Below, piece after piece: positions 40,150 to 52,648 of a DNA stretch of 64,000 nucleotides. The translations under genes were made by a program, and so were the position numbers. The stretch covers positions 195,550,001 through 195,614,000 of the forward strand of contig NC_086097.1 of the NCBI RefSeq assembly GCF_963921235.1. Direction: 5' to 3'. Source of the stretch: Mobula hypostoma (taxonomy: Eukaryota). Under the pieces are notes generated by a model. It ran no database searches and was not told the DNA's origin. It worked only from the letters and a program-made list of their open reading frames with translations. Position 1 is the first letter of the stretch, and every line of letters starts with the position of its first letter.

Positions 40150-40399
40150 CAACAATATCATACCTGCCAACCTGTAGCTGTACGACAAGATCATCCACCT
40201 TATTCCTAATGCTGCATGCATTTAAGTATAACACCTTAAGTCCAGTGTTTGGTACTTTTTACTTCGATTGCACTGCAATTCATCCCAAAGCCTGCAAATT
40301 TGCCCCATCACCTGCCTGTCCTTCCTGACATCTTTATTGCTCGCTATCTTAGATTTATTTCTGTTTTCCCCCTCCTCCACTCTATCATTCTCCTACCAA

Positions 40400-41310
40400 A
40401 TTAGTTTAAACCCTCCCTAAAGGCTCTATTAAACCTTCCCGCCAGGATATTTGTCCCCTTCGGGTTCAGGTATAACCTGTCCTTTTTGAACAGGTCATAC
40501 TTCCCCTGGAAGAGATCCCAATGATCCAAGAATCTGAAGCCCAGCCCCCTGCACCCTACACATTCATCTGCCTGATCCTACTATTCTTGCCCTTGCCAGC
40601 ATGTGGCACAGGTAGCAATCCTGAGATTACTACCCTGGAGGTCCTGTTTCTCAGCTTCCTTCCTAACTCCTGGAAATCTCTCTTCAGGGCCCCCTCCCTT
40701 TTCCTATCTATGTCATTGGTACCAACATGTACCAAGACAGCTGGTTGCTTGCCCTCTCCCTTCAGAATATTCTGGACCCGATCCGAGACATCCCGTACCC
40801 TGGCACCTGGGAGGCAACACACAATGCGGGTATCTCTATCAGGCTCACAGAATCTCCTGTCTGTTCCCCTGACTATGGAATCCCCTATGACTACCACATT
40901 CCTCTTCTCTCTCCTTCCTTCCTGCACAACAGCTCCAGGCTCAGTGCCAGAGACCCGGTCACCGTGGGTGTCCCCTGTCAGGTCATCCCCCTCAACAGCA
41001 TCCAAAATGAGATATTTGTTGCTGAAGGGAACAGCCATAGGTGTGCTCTCCACTATCCGGGCATTTTCCTTCCCTCTCCTGATAGTCACCCAGTTTTCTG
41101 ACCCCTGTAGCCTAGGGAGATTATCTTCCTGTAGCTCCTGTCTATCATCTCTTCACTTTCCCTAATAAGCAGTAGGTCATCAAGCTGCAGCTCCAGATCC
41201 CTAACACGGTCTCTGAGGAGCTGCATCTCGGTGCACCTGCTGCAGATGTGGCCATCAGGGAGGCTGGAGGTCTCCCAGGATTCCCACATCTAACATCCTG
41301 AACAAAGCAC
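40400..41310 (-). pseudogene. CR1 ORF1: zinc finger, coiled coil and SGNH/GDSL esterase domain (frameshifted)
   Basis: HICSRC, then LRDRVRDLELQLDDL, then VVVIGDSIVRG...LPGA...VHVGTND (SGNH blocks I-III). Confidence 0.9.
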
Positions 41311-41469
41311 TAACCCTGCAGGTATGCTATCTAATTCTTCAGGAATGAAACAGAAAAAAGTAAGTCTACTTACCCTCTTAGCTCGCCAAACACAAGAACT
41401 TTTTAAACCATTAGTTGTGTGAGCCCTGCTGTTCCTCTGTCTGTCCAACTAATATGTCATAGAATTATT

Positions 41470-41735
41470 TTATATTTTTTTTAGAGCTACAGTGTGAAAC
41501 ACACCTTTCCAACCCAATGAGATACACTGCCCAGCAACCAATCTATTTAACCCTAGTCTAATCACAGTACAATTTACAATAGCCAATTAACCTACTAACC
41601 AGTTCGTCATTGGACTGCAGGAGGAAACCAGGGCACCCAAAGGAAACCCACGCAGTCACGGGGAGAATATACAGACAGCAATGGATTAGAAGTCCAAATG
41701 CCCAGAGCTGTAATAGCATCACACTAAATGATACG
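41470..41735 (-). mobile_element. tRNA-derived SINE
   Basis: GGGAGGAAACCAGGGCACCCAAAGGAAACCCACGCAGTCAC core. Same family as 1151-1375. Confidence 0.75.
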
Positions 41736-42951
41736 CCCAGTAGAGTTATAGTGTCATGGTGTCACAGAGTCATATGCCCTCTGGCAATAGCTTGGCATTC
41801 ACTGATGCATAAAACTGCGCTCTTCTGCAGCAGAAATGTGATACTACACGCTACCATTGCCATTAGATTCTGCAGCCACAATCATGAAATGAATGTTGAA
41901 TATTTTGGCTCAAAAATCTATGTTACAAGACCTGCTCATGCCTTCGAGCGATACAGCAAACACAAGAGTTGTCCAATTTGAATGTATTTGACTGATCTGA
42001 TTTAATTAACTGTTACTTTCATCTGGAAAAACACACTTTTGTTTACTCAATGATAACATTTAAATCTCTTCATAGGGTAGCCCTAGGGTTATGGCAACCC
42101 CACAGACTGCATGAACCAACTTCTTTCTTCATGGTTTATGTATGGCTTTACCACTGACTTTCTTACAGTGTAATCCCTCTGCTCCTGGTTTTGTGGCGCA
42201 GCAACGTATTCAGCTCTGAAATATCAGAAGTACATCTTTTCCTTCTTTATCTCCATCTACTTTGCCTCCTTCATAAACCCACTGAGTCTTTTCAATAGTA
42301 AAGTTCCATCTTTGTATGCTACATTATCTTTTCTCCAGCAAAGCAGCATTCAAGTAATTTCCAAGGCTATCCTACTAACAAAATAAATGAATTACATTTT
42401 TTGAAGCAATTGCTAGACCAGGATAAATTGCTTCAACATTGGACCCAGCTGGAAATTCAAATGTGAAGATTCTGGTAACTTAAAGAAGCATCTTTCTTGT
42501 TTATTTAACCATTAGTAATATTGTGGGATATGGATATCTAACCCCTAACAATGGTGATAAAAATCTCATCTCTAGATCACCGCAAGCTAAATACCGAGAA
42601 ATAAATTAAACCTTACAGTTGCACTGTATAAGATTTAAATTGCTTAAGTGCAAACAATTAAACAACAAACAAGCTGTTGAAGTCTGGAAGAATTAAGGCT
42701 TGAATCACAGAGTAGTGTGAGTAATGTATGGATGAGGTGGACAAATAATAAATGTCAATAAGAGAAACAGAAGAAAAACTTGTAAACTGAAAAGTTTACA
42801 TTTCAAAACATTTTTTGGGGGTAAGAATAAGAGAAAATGAGGTTTGGTAAGAAATTTGAAATGGGCATATATGTGAAATGAGTAGTGAAAATTCTGAAAG
42901 GTCCTGTAATGAGCACTTAAGCCATTGAAAGCCATTGTTACCTTTTATTAG

Positions 42952-43160
42952 TGAACGCAGCAGGCCAGGCAGCATCTCTAGGAAGAGGTACAGTCGACGT
43001 TTCAGGCCGAGACCCTTCGTCAGGACTAAGAAGGGTCTCGGCCTGAAACGTCGACTGCACCTCTTCCTAGAGATGCTGCCTGGCCTGCTGCGTTCACCAG
43101 CAAACTTTTATGTGTGTTGCTTGAATTTCCGGTATCTGCAGAATTCCTGTTGTTTGTTGT
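42952..43160. mobile_element. Palindromic hammerhead-bearing PLE-tail insert
   Basis: Near-perfect inverted arms. A perfect 17-bp TSD TTGTTACCTTTTATTAG is at 42935-42951 and 43161-43177. Confidence 0.93.
42992..43027 (-). ncRNA. Intact minimal type I hammerhead ribozyme motif
   Basis: The minus strand reads AGTC-CTGACGA-AGGGTCTCGGCCT-GAAACGTC-GACT. All core nucleotides are present, and helix III is reduced to palindromic ACGT. Confidence 0.8.
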
Positions 43161-43694
43161 TTGTTACCTTTTATTAGCTATCTTGTTTCAGGGAGGTTTC
43201 ATGAAAATATAAAATAAACTAGTAAACATAAAGAAGAATGAAATTCGTATATAAAATCACAGCCGTTCATCAAGTATAGAGAAAATCTTCAACCTGTTTG
43301 CACAAATCTGAGAGAAGGGAAGGGCATTTTGCAAGGCACAGCTTGGTAAAGGACAAACAGCATGAATTCAAGAAAATGAGGTCATACTTAATTAATTTTC
43401 TGGAGGTCTTTGAAGATACCACTGGAATGATGCATAAGGGAAAAGTAGTCACTGTTACAGATTTAAAATTAAGTGACAAAGTTCCACCATGGAGATGAAG
43501 GTAAAGTAAGACAAAAGGAAAGAAAAAGAGAAACAAATTAACGTAAATAACTTTTCATGCTACATTGCATATTCTAGACATGGAAAATGATGAAGATGAT
43601 ATAGTTCAGATTTCTGATATTCCAGTTGATTTCACAATATCTCTTGTATTTTGGTAAACTGAGATTATAGATGACAAAATCAATTAATTGAATA

Positions 43695-45995
43695 CAAGAA
43701 CAAGAGATTCTGCAGATGCTGGAAATCCAGAGCAACAGACACAAAATGCTGAAGGAACTCAGCAGGTCAGACAGCATTGAAGCAAATGAATAAACAGTCA
43801 ACGTTTTGGGCTGAGACCCTTCCTCAGGACTGGAAAAGAAAGGGGAAGATGCCAGAATAAAACAGTGGTGTGAAGGGAAGGAGGACAAGCTAGAAGGTAG
43901 TTGCCAGGTGGTCGAACAAAGGTAAAGGGCTGGAGAAGAACAAATCTGACAGGACAGTGGACCATGGGAGAAAGCAAAGAAGAAGGAGAGGCACCAACAG
44001 GAGGTAATAGGCAGGTGAGAATAAGAGGTAAGAGGCCAGGCTGAGGAATAGAAGAAGGAAGGGGGAGAAGAAAAAAATACTGGAACATGAAATTGCTGTT
44101 CCTACCATCAATTTGGAGGCTGCCTAGACATAATATGAGGTGTTGCTCCTTCACTTTGATCACCACAGTAGGTCAATGGCAGATGCAATCTCAATGGCTC
44201 TTCACACAGCCCTAAACCATCTGGACAACACAAACACCTATGTCACGATGTTGTTCATCGACTATAACTCAGCATCTAATACCATCATTCCCACAAACCT
44301 GATTGAGAAGTTACAGGATCTGGGCCCCTGTACCACCCTCTGCAATTGGATCCTCAACTTCCTAACTGGAAGACCGCAGTCTGTGTGGATTGGTGATAAC
44401 ATCTCCTCCTCGCTGACGATCAACACTGGTGCCCCTCAGGGGTGTGTGCTTAGCCCACTGCTCTACTCTCTATATACACATGACTGTGTGGCTGGGCATA
44501 GATCAAATACTATCTATAAATTTGCTGATGATAGAACCATTGTTGATAGAATCTCAGATGGAGATGAGACGACATAGAGGAGCAAGATATGCCAACTCGT
44601 GGAGTGATGTCACAGCAACAACCTTGCACTCAATGTCAATAAAACGAAAGAGCTGATTGTGGACTTCCAGAAAGGTAAGATGAAGGAACACATAACAATC
44701 CTCATAGAGGGACCAGAAGTGGAGAGAGTGAACAGTTTCAAGTTCCTGGGTGTCAAGATCTCTGAGGACCTAACCTGGTCCCAACATATTGATGCAGTTA
44801 TAAAGAAGGCAAGACAGCAACTATACTTCATTAGGAGTTTGAAGAGATTTGGTATGTCAACAAAAACACTCAAAAACTTCTATAGATCTACCATGGAGAG
44901 CATTCTGACAGGCTGCATCACTGTCTGGTATGGAGGGGCTACTGCACAGGACAGAAAGAAGCTGCAGAGGGTTGTGAATTTAGTGAGCTCCATCTTGGGT
45001 ACTAGCCAATAAAGTACCCAGGACATCTTCAAGGAGCGGTGTCTCAGAAAGGCAGCGTCCATTATTAAGGACCTCCAACACCAGGGCATGCCCTTTTCTC
45101 ACTGTTACCATCAGGTGGGAGATAGAGAAGCCTGAAGGCACACACTCAGCGATTCAGGAACAGCTTCATCCCCTCTTCCATCCGATGCCTAAATGGACAT
45201 TGAAACCGTGACCACTACCTCACTTTTTAATATAAATTATTTCAGTTTTTTGCATGATTTTTTATCTATTCAATATACATACACTGTAATTGGTTTACTT
45301 TTTTTTTCTTCTATATTATGTATTGCATTGAACTGCTGCTGCAAAGTTATCAAATTTCATGACACATGCTGGTGATAATAAACCTGATTCTGATTCTGAT
45401 ATTGATTTTGATGTAGGATCCAACTAAAAATGTTGGAAGTTGCAGAGGGCAATGTGTTGGATGTGGAGTCTGATGAGGCAGTAGGTGAGGACAAGAGAAA
45501 CTCTATCCATGTTAAGGTGAAGGGTTGAGCAGAGATGTCCGGGAAATGGAGGAGATTTGGATGAGGGTAACATCAATGACGGAAGAAGGGAAATTCTCTC
45601 CTGGAAAGGAAAGCCTCATCCTGGGAATAGATGCAGCAGAGATGAAGGAACTGAGAAAAGGGAATAGAATTTTTATGGGAGACAGATTAGGAACAGGTAT
45701 AGTCAACCTAGCCATGGGAATCAGTAGGTTTAGAAAAATGTTGGTAGAGAGTTTGTCTCCAGGCTTGGAGGCAGAGATCAAGAAAGGAGAGAGAGGTGTC
45801 AGAAATGGACCAAGCGAATTTAAGGACGGGGTAGAAATTGGAGGCAAAGTTGATAAAATTGACAAGCATGAAGCAGCACGAATGCAATCATCAATGTAGT
45901 GCAGAAAGAGTTGCGCAACATTACCAGGGAAGGCTTGGAACATGGGCTGTTCCACATAGCCAGTGAAAATGCCAGCATAGATGCAGCCCATGCAA
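43695..45995 (-). mobile_element. Old PLE split by a Rex-like LINE
   Basis: Tail and [12 protein letters not shown] at 43695-44155. RT motif MGCIYAGIFTGYVEQ...LHYIDDCI at 45512-45991. Confidence 0.82.
44160..45400 (+). mobile_element. Rex1/Babar-like LINE, RT C-half to 3' end
   Basis: SMADAI...[34 protein letters not shown] and FKFLGVKISEDLTWSQH. Tail AATAAACCTGATTCTGATTCTGAT. Confidence 0.93.
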
Positions 45996-46904
45996 TGATA
46001 TGTATCATTAGATACAAATTAAGATTACTTAACATTAGGGAAATAAACCAGAATAAAAAATATGCAAATATAAATTATTTTGTACATTGAACATGAGAGA
46101 CATTTTATATATGTGTAAACTGTCACAACTCCTCTCACTACGTAGTTACTGACTCCATCTCATGTGGTGAGAAAGAAGTCCAGAAAGCTGGGTACAATCC
46201 ATGCTGCTACAAATTCTCTGCTTAGTTTAATAACTGCATAATTGATCACCTGTCAATGAAACTTTTTCAATCAATTTCTGCTTTTAATGCAGTCTAAACT
46301 TGTGTTTCCAAAAAAAAAAACAACCTCACATTTCCTGAATCTTGCAATGTTTGATTTGGAGCTATGAGAAAGGCGGAGTGAATATTCCTGATACTCAGTC
46401 CTTTCTGATGTTAACCTTCACTTTCCCTTCTTTAGACTAATTAGTGGATTGCTTACATTTATTGTATATCACATCATCAGCCAAGAAACAACAGAGGAAT
46501 GTCCAAGTACAAAAATGACAAGCTCATTATGAAAATACCATAGAATGCAATAACTGCGACCAGAAGAGCATTTTATCTGCATAACCAGCAGAAATTTGAC
46601 ACTGCTTAGAGTCATGACGGTGCCTGTGTTTATCACTCCCTCAGTCGTCATCTTCCAGGTAGCTTACGAAAATTTCTTTTTTGCTTCTCTTATGCATGTT
46701 CTTCACCTTAAATGTGTTTCTAGGGCTGTTAGAGCCTGTGATTTACAGTTTGGAGATCGTCTGAGTAACCCAGTGCCTTGTTGTCTCCAAGAAGATTTCG
46801 AGAAGTGAGCACATGCTTGGACGACCTTGATGCTAAAAAACTTAGAGACAGATCACAAGCTGATGTTTGACTCCATTTCATTGGTTAAAACATTTATTAA
46901 TCGC

Positions 46905-47510
46905 TGATTAAAGTGTCGAGGAAGATTGAGATATCGAGGAGAATGCAGGCAGCGAGCAAGAGTTCAGTACCGATTGCCTTTAGTTTGATTGCTGCTGAGA
47001 AGGATTCTGTGAGCAGCCTGTCACTGTGTGCTCACTGTGGCAGTCGGATAGGCCTTTGTGAACGCGTGGTGTCCCGCTATTTCGATGCATGTCAGAGATA
47101 CCGTAGGATGATATCATGATTCTGCATTTATGGATTGAACTATTGCGTTTATGGACTGTGGACTTTTTCAGACTTTCTATATTTTTATATTCTGTGTTTT
47201 TATCATCTGTTTCTTTTCCACTTTGTTGTGTGAGGGGAGAGGGTTTGGGGTTGATGTTCTGTGAGATTTTTGTGCAGGGGAGGGGTTGTCTTTTGGGGTT
47301 TGAGGTTCTTGTTCCATTTTTGTGTGGGGTGAGCAGGGTTTTGCAGGTTGATGATCGGGATGCTGTTCCTTTTTGTGCAGGGGTGGATTTGATGTTCCTC
47401 TCTGAATGACTTTCATGTTCTTTCTTTGTTTCACAGCTATCTGGAGAAGTCAAAATTTCAGAGATGTGTATGGGTACATGCTTTGATAATAAATGAACCT
47501 TTGAACTTTT
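46905..47510 (+). repeat. GT-rich interspersed repeat with Rex-like 3' tail
   Basis: Similar to 60510-60845. Ends CTTTGATAATAAATGAACCTTTGAAC. Confidence 0.6.
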
Positions 47511-49865
47511 ATTGATTTTGATTTGAACTTAAAAGTGATGATGTTTCCATGCAACTAGTGTCCCTATATTTCCAGGTGGTATAGGTCACAGCTTCTGGAA
47601 GTGCTTCTGAAGAATGCTTGGCAGGTAACTCCAGTGAATCCATTAGATAGCACATAGTTCAACTAATATTCTGCTGATCATGGTAGAAACTAAAGTTTAA
47701 GGCACTAGCTGGGGTGACTCTGCTTCACCATGGATACCTGTGAGTTTAAGTGTTGCTGGAAGGTAAAATTATTCCCTCACACATTTGGCTACGTCTTATT
47801 GTTAGCAGAGAGGTTTAAGTTAGATAAGATGTGGTCATTTACCAGGGAGTACCCAAAATTTCATCCTGTTCCTCTGGATACAGCATCTGCATAATTTGTT
47901 AATTTGTTTCTGATTCGTGATGATCCCACACAATGTTGGACATTGATAGTGAGAAACGTAACTCATTCAACGCTAAGGTTAGGTGGCTACCTTCTGTCAA
48001 GTGGATGTGGAATCAATATAGCTTATCAGCCTTCTCATGGAGACATCATAGATACAGGCTTTTAAACCAACCAATGCCAATGAATATTCAACTGACATGC
48101 CTTCAGTAAAGCCATGCCTTGCTCGTTCAAGTACCTGTCAGATGCCTCTTAAATGTTCTGCAGTGGACTGCTCGTTCGATACGTAGGTAGTGTATTCTTT
48201 CATTGCCAGTGGTTAATTACAAATATATTGTAACAATTAAGCCTTCAAATTATAGATTATCTTCTCAAGCAAACAGTTCTTTATACACACTTGTCTATTA
48301 CCTTTGCACTTTACTTTTAGACTTGATTTAACAAAGTCTCTCACAGCCTTCCTACTTAACTTGTGTATGCTAAGGTTTCCTTACACCCGGCTTTGGTTTT
48401 GATAGAAAGCACAGGAAAAAAATGAATGTTTCCTTTTCCATGGAATCTGTAAGGAATCAAGCATCAGAACACAGTCTGCTATTGGGTAACGAAAACCAGT
48501 TCGTATTGAAGTCAATGGAACTGAATATCCCATAAAAAGAAAGGGTTTTACATTGTGTTTTCAGACCTATTGACAAGGCATGAATTTCTGAGCAGTAATA
48601 AATCAAAATGAAACAAAAATATCAAAAGCTTGATCTATTCACTGGTGGCACTTTGTCAGATACGCAAACCCTGACATGATTCTTTTTATACAAGTATCTG
48701 CTAAGATCCCTAAGGAGATCCTTTTGCATCAAATCAGTACCTTTGCTTTACCAATGAGTGTGCTGTTACTTTCTGACAACTCTTAGCAGAATAGGCAGAT
48801 ATAATAAACTCCTGTCTGGAATTGCAAAAATTATTCAATCTATTTAAAGCTACCAAATGCAATTATTTCTTTACTTAATTACAGTAAAAGCAAGTTTCAT
48901 CAGCAATCTTAGAGTGCGCATTAGTAGTCCAACTATTCACTACTTCATTCCTTTTTCACCTTTCAGTGAGATGGATGGGCTTGGAGCAGTTTCTCAACAT
49001 CAGGCTGACTGTCACTCAGGAATCTCATTTTTAGTCATTTTCAGTCAGTATTGTTGCTTTTAAAGAAGTTGGGCAACTGCACTGACATCACGCTCCACTA
49101 AATGTGATACTGGAAAGATAATAAAGAACATATTGACTTTTTTCCAAAGTGCAGGATAGTATTCAGAGATTTCTTTACGTAACCAAAGTCTTGACATGAT
49201 CTTTTGAATCTCGGCTTCAGCTCAATGTCATTTTGTAGCAAGATCAATTCTTCCTCCATCCTTCCAGTTAATTCCTCATTGCAAGTTTTCAGGAACAGAC
49301 TTATTACACAATCTGGAACTTGGGCTGAGAGATGATCCTGAAATCTCTCTGACATGTCTCTTTGCAGCTCACCCAGGTGGGCATGATATGCTTCAACATC
49401 ATCATCTTGATTGTTTCCTTCTCTTTCAACTACGAGGGGCTCAGAAATTGGAAAAGGTTGCAATGGCTAATGTTACACTTAAGTAGGGTTATCTTGGGCA
49501 GAACTGTAAAAATGGCTGATTTGATTTTGATAAAATTCACATCTTTTTCTTAAATTGAAGATTAATTTTACTGAACCTTGCAAATAGTTGTAATAAATAA
49601 GCAATGCCTTGCTAATATTCGTGAGTTGATTACTGAATGAAGCATTCGAGTCATCAAAGAATTTGATCACAGTTTCAAAAATGCATAGAAGAATTTCAGG
49701 CAGTTTCCTTTTAAGAGACATCTGTGTGCAAGAGTAAGCTTTCAAACTCTCCATCATTCTCAATGCAAAGCTCTCAAATTAGTTGAGAATTCAGAGCATT
49801 GGATTTGATTTATTTACGACTGTGATAACAGTATTTAATGACTTGTGCAACTGATCACTTAGGTA

Positions 49866-50346
49866 GACAAAAGTAATGGATACAGCTCAGTCCATCCCGA
49901 GTAAAGTCCTTCCTACCCTTAAGCACATCTACATAGAGCACTGTTGCAGGAAAGCAGCATCTATCAGTAGGGACCACTACCATCTGGCTACTCTCTTCTC
50001 GCTACTGACATCAGGAAGAAGGTACAGGATCCTCAGAACCCACGCCATCGGGTTCAGGAACATTTTTTTGCCCCTCAACCATCAGCTCTTGAACCAAAGT
50101 GGGCAATTTCACTCAGCTCACTTTCAAGGACTCTTCATCTTATGACTTTGAAAGATATTGCTTAATTATTATTATTATTATTATTCCTTTCTTTTCATGT
50201 TTGCACAGTTTGATGTCCTTTGAACATTGTTTATCCACCCTGTTGGCGTGGTCTTCCATTGATTCTGTTATGATTTTATGGTTATTAGATTTATTCAGTA
50301 TACCTGCAAGAAAATGAATCTCAGGGTTGCATATCGCGATATATAT

Positions 50347-50381
<35 letters not shown>

Positions 50382-50451
50382 AACACACATACAGTATATA
50401 TATATGTGTACTTTGATAATAAATTCAGTTTGACTTTGAACTTTGAACTTT
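49866..50451 (+). mobile_element. Rex-like LINE 3' fragment inserted in the transposase
   Basis: HCCRKAASI...LFSLLTSGRRYR and a TTTGAAC-repeat tail. Contains a (CA)n tract. Confidence 0.88.
50349..50392. repeat. (CA)n microsatellite
   Basis: Direct dinucleotide run. Confidence 0.95.
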
Positions 50452-52069
50452 ATGACAAGATTTACTGTATGTGAATTACACAGTGAATGGTAAATATGTT
50501 ATACATAGCTTTTTTCAAGAAAGTAATAACCCACAGTGGTGCCCTGTCATTGATGGTGCCCTGTCTATTGCACATGCAAGAATGTTGGTGAGCGAAATGT
50601 CCTTCTCTTCGAAAAATTGCTCAACAACGTGAAATATTGACTCCCCTTTTGTATCTGTTTCTGGTCCCCTGGCAAATAACAACTCTTGAACTGTGCTTTC
50701 ATCTTATATGAAGCAAAAATAATGAAGAAGCAAAGACTAATTGCCTGGCCAAGTTTACTCTTCCAACTGCATAGCGAATTCTGTTGTCCTAAGTATGTTG
50801 CACAATGTGTATCCACATTCTCAGACATCGCATCTATTCATCTTTGAGCAGGGTTGTCGTTGAGCAGAATCTCTTTAATTGTATGGGGCTTTCCAGACAT
50901 AGCAATGAGCGCTGAAATGTGAGAAGCGCACAAACCATTACTGTTTTGTGCTGAAAAACATGTTTTGAAGTGTTTTTGGTTCCTGAAAATAAGCCAAGTT
51001 CTTGTTTGCTTTATCAGAATGTATTCTCTTTAAACGTTCAAGGAGCCTGGATGGTTTCATTACCTCATTTGAAAATAAACTTTGTGACACAGGAGACACA
51101 GTGGCTGCTGCTGTTTGCTTGGTGCTGGTATAAATCCATATTTCAGATATTCCACACTATACTGTCTTCACTCTTGTTCATTTGGTCTGCTTCTGCCATT
51201 TTCATTATGGATTGACAACCACAGTTAATCACCTATTATTTAATTCCAACCTCAAGCACCACAATCAATAAAGGGGAAAGTTATGATGTCATCATACTTC
51301 AAGCAAAACCTGACGTTCTGCCTGAAGGTACATAAAGTAGGGCAATAATATCTTGATTGGGCCATGGGCTAGAGAAATGTGGTCAAGACCATTCAAAAGG
51401 GCAGATTCAGACTTTACACCATTGAGCACCATGCCCTAATTCACAGGAAATCATATCACTGCATGATTAGAGTGTGGGAATCATACTAGCTAACACTGCA
51501 CTATAGTAATGTCCAGGCCCAGAAATAACACAAGTTCTTCAGTCCAGATTTCTCATGATATGCCAAATTCAGACATATCCCATTACTTTTCAACAACTAT
51601 AGCGTGCTTTGAGCAAAGTCTAAGAGAATGGTTGGGTTAGCAAGAGTTAAGGTGATTACATGATCATTGTAATCATTCATGAGGCACTGAGGATCAAATG
51701 CTAATAGTAAGCAATTAATTTCTTAAATTATGTCTGTAATCCCTCAGCTGCCTCTTATTAATGAGCACCCCACCCTCTTACCCCCTTAGAAACTCCACAG
51801 TCCCTGGAGAAGGCAATATCATCCACTTTGAGAGCTAGTTTATATTATAAAGTGTAAATAGCAGAAAGCCCATTTTTGGCCCCTGTTGTCTTCCATGTAA
51901 TTACCTACTAATCTGAAAAGACGAATTAGTTAAAGGACAGGAAACCATGGTCAAGGAATAAATGTGCCATTTTTATTTGATATCCTTTAACTAATCACTT
52001 TTCCTTTGTAATATATAACATTCAATGCTCTCAGAACATTCAAAATAACTTTTGTATGGTAGTTCTTAT

Positions 52070-52235
52070 GATTTTATTGGACATGGCATCGAAGGTTACA
52101 GGGAGAATACTGGGAACTAGAGTTGAGGAGGAGAAAGAAAAGGATCAGCCATGATTGAATGGTGCAGCAGACTTGATGGGCCAGATGGGCTAATCCTGCT
52201 CCTTTGTCTTATGGTCTTATGATCTGATGGTCTTT
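52070..52235 (+). mobile_element. CR1 3' tip
   Basis: Matches 57015-57155 and ends TCTTATGGTCTTATG. Confidence 0.85.
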
Positions 52236-52378
52236 ATCCCTATTGAAAATCCAAATAAGCTGCACCCATTAGCATCCTCACCTATAGCTACTTATTTTAA
52301 ACATTCTATGATTTATTATTAAGTTTATCATGTTTACTCTGTCCAATCATAAAATAATTTTCTAAATATCCTTTACAT

Positions 52379-52648
52379 CAGTGGTCCCCAGCCTCCTTGC
52401 CGCAGACCAATACCGATCCACGAAGAATGCAGTAGTGCCGCGGTATCCGGAGCGCACACAGCACATCTTTAAGTAAAAAGCCGAAATAATCAAGCTAATT
52501 AATTAGGTGCCACCCGGCACATAAATAATTAGCTTGTTTATTTCAGCTTTTTTCTCAAAGATGTGCCGGGTGCGTTCCGGCTACCACTGCACCACTGCAT
52601 TCTTCGCGGATCGGTATCGGTCTGCGGCCCGGAGGTTGGGGACCATTG
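52379..52648. mobile_element. Fully palindromic hAT MITE
   Basis: Termini CAGTGGTCCCCA...TGGGGACCATTG, with arms pairing to the centre. A perfect 8-bp TSD CTTTACAT is at 52371-52378 and 52649-52656. Confidence 0.93.

Larger units (their letters stand above)
37155..41445 (-). mobile_element. Near full-length CR1 LINE (ORF1, ORF2 with deletion, 3'UTR), interrupted by a PLE
   Basis: ORF1 at about 40400-41310, ORF2 start LYLNACSIRNK at about 40234, RT motifs at 37900-38950, and a (TCTTATGG)n tail at 37155-37185. Confidence 0.93.
48963..51199 (-). pseudogene. Fossil hAT (Charlie/Buster-type; ZBED8/SCAND3-like) transposase, interrupted
   Basis: Manual translation across frameshifts gives RQYSVEYLKYGFI...PLCLLC...MKPSRLLERLKRIH (BED finger), IAMSGKPHTI, APSMTG, HCVIH (CxxH), HLGELQRDMSERFQD and a C-terminal QAHPSH*. 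Confidence 0.85.

Noticed and set aside
46980..47453. 157-aa K/T/P/S-rich ORF
   Set aside because: Compositional artefact of the GT-rich repeat.
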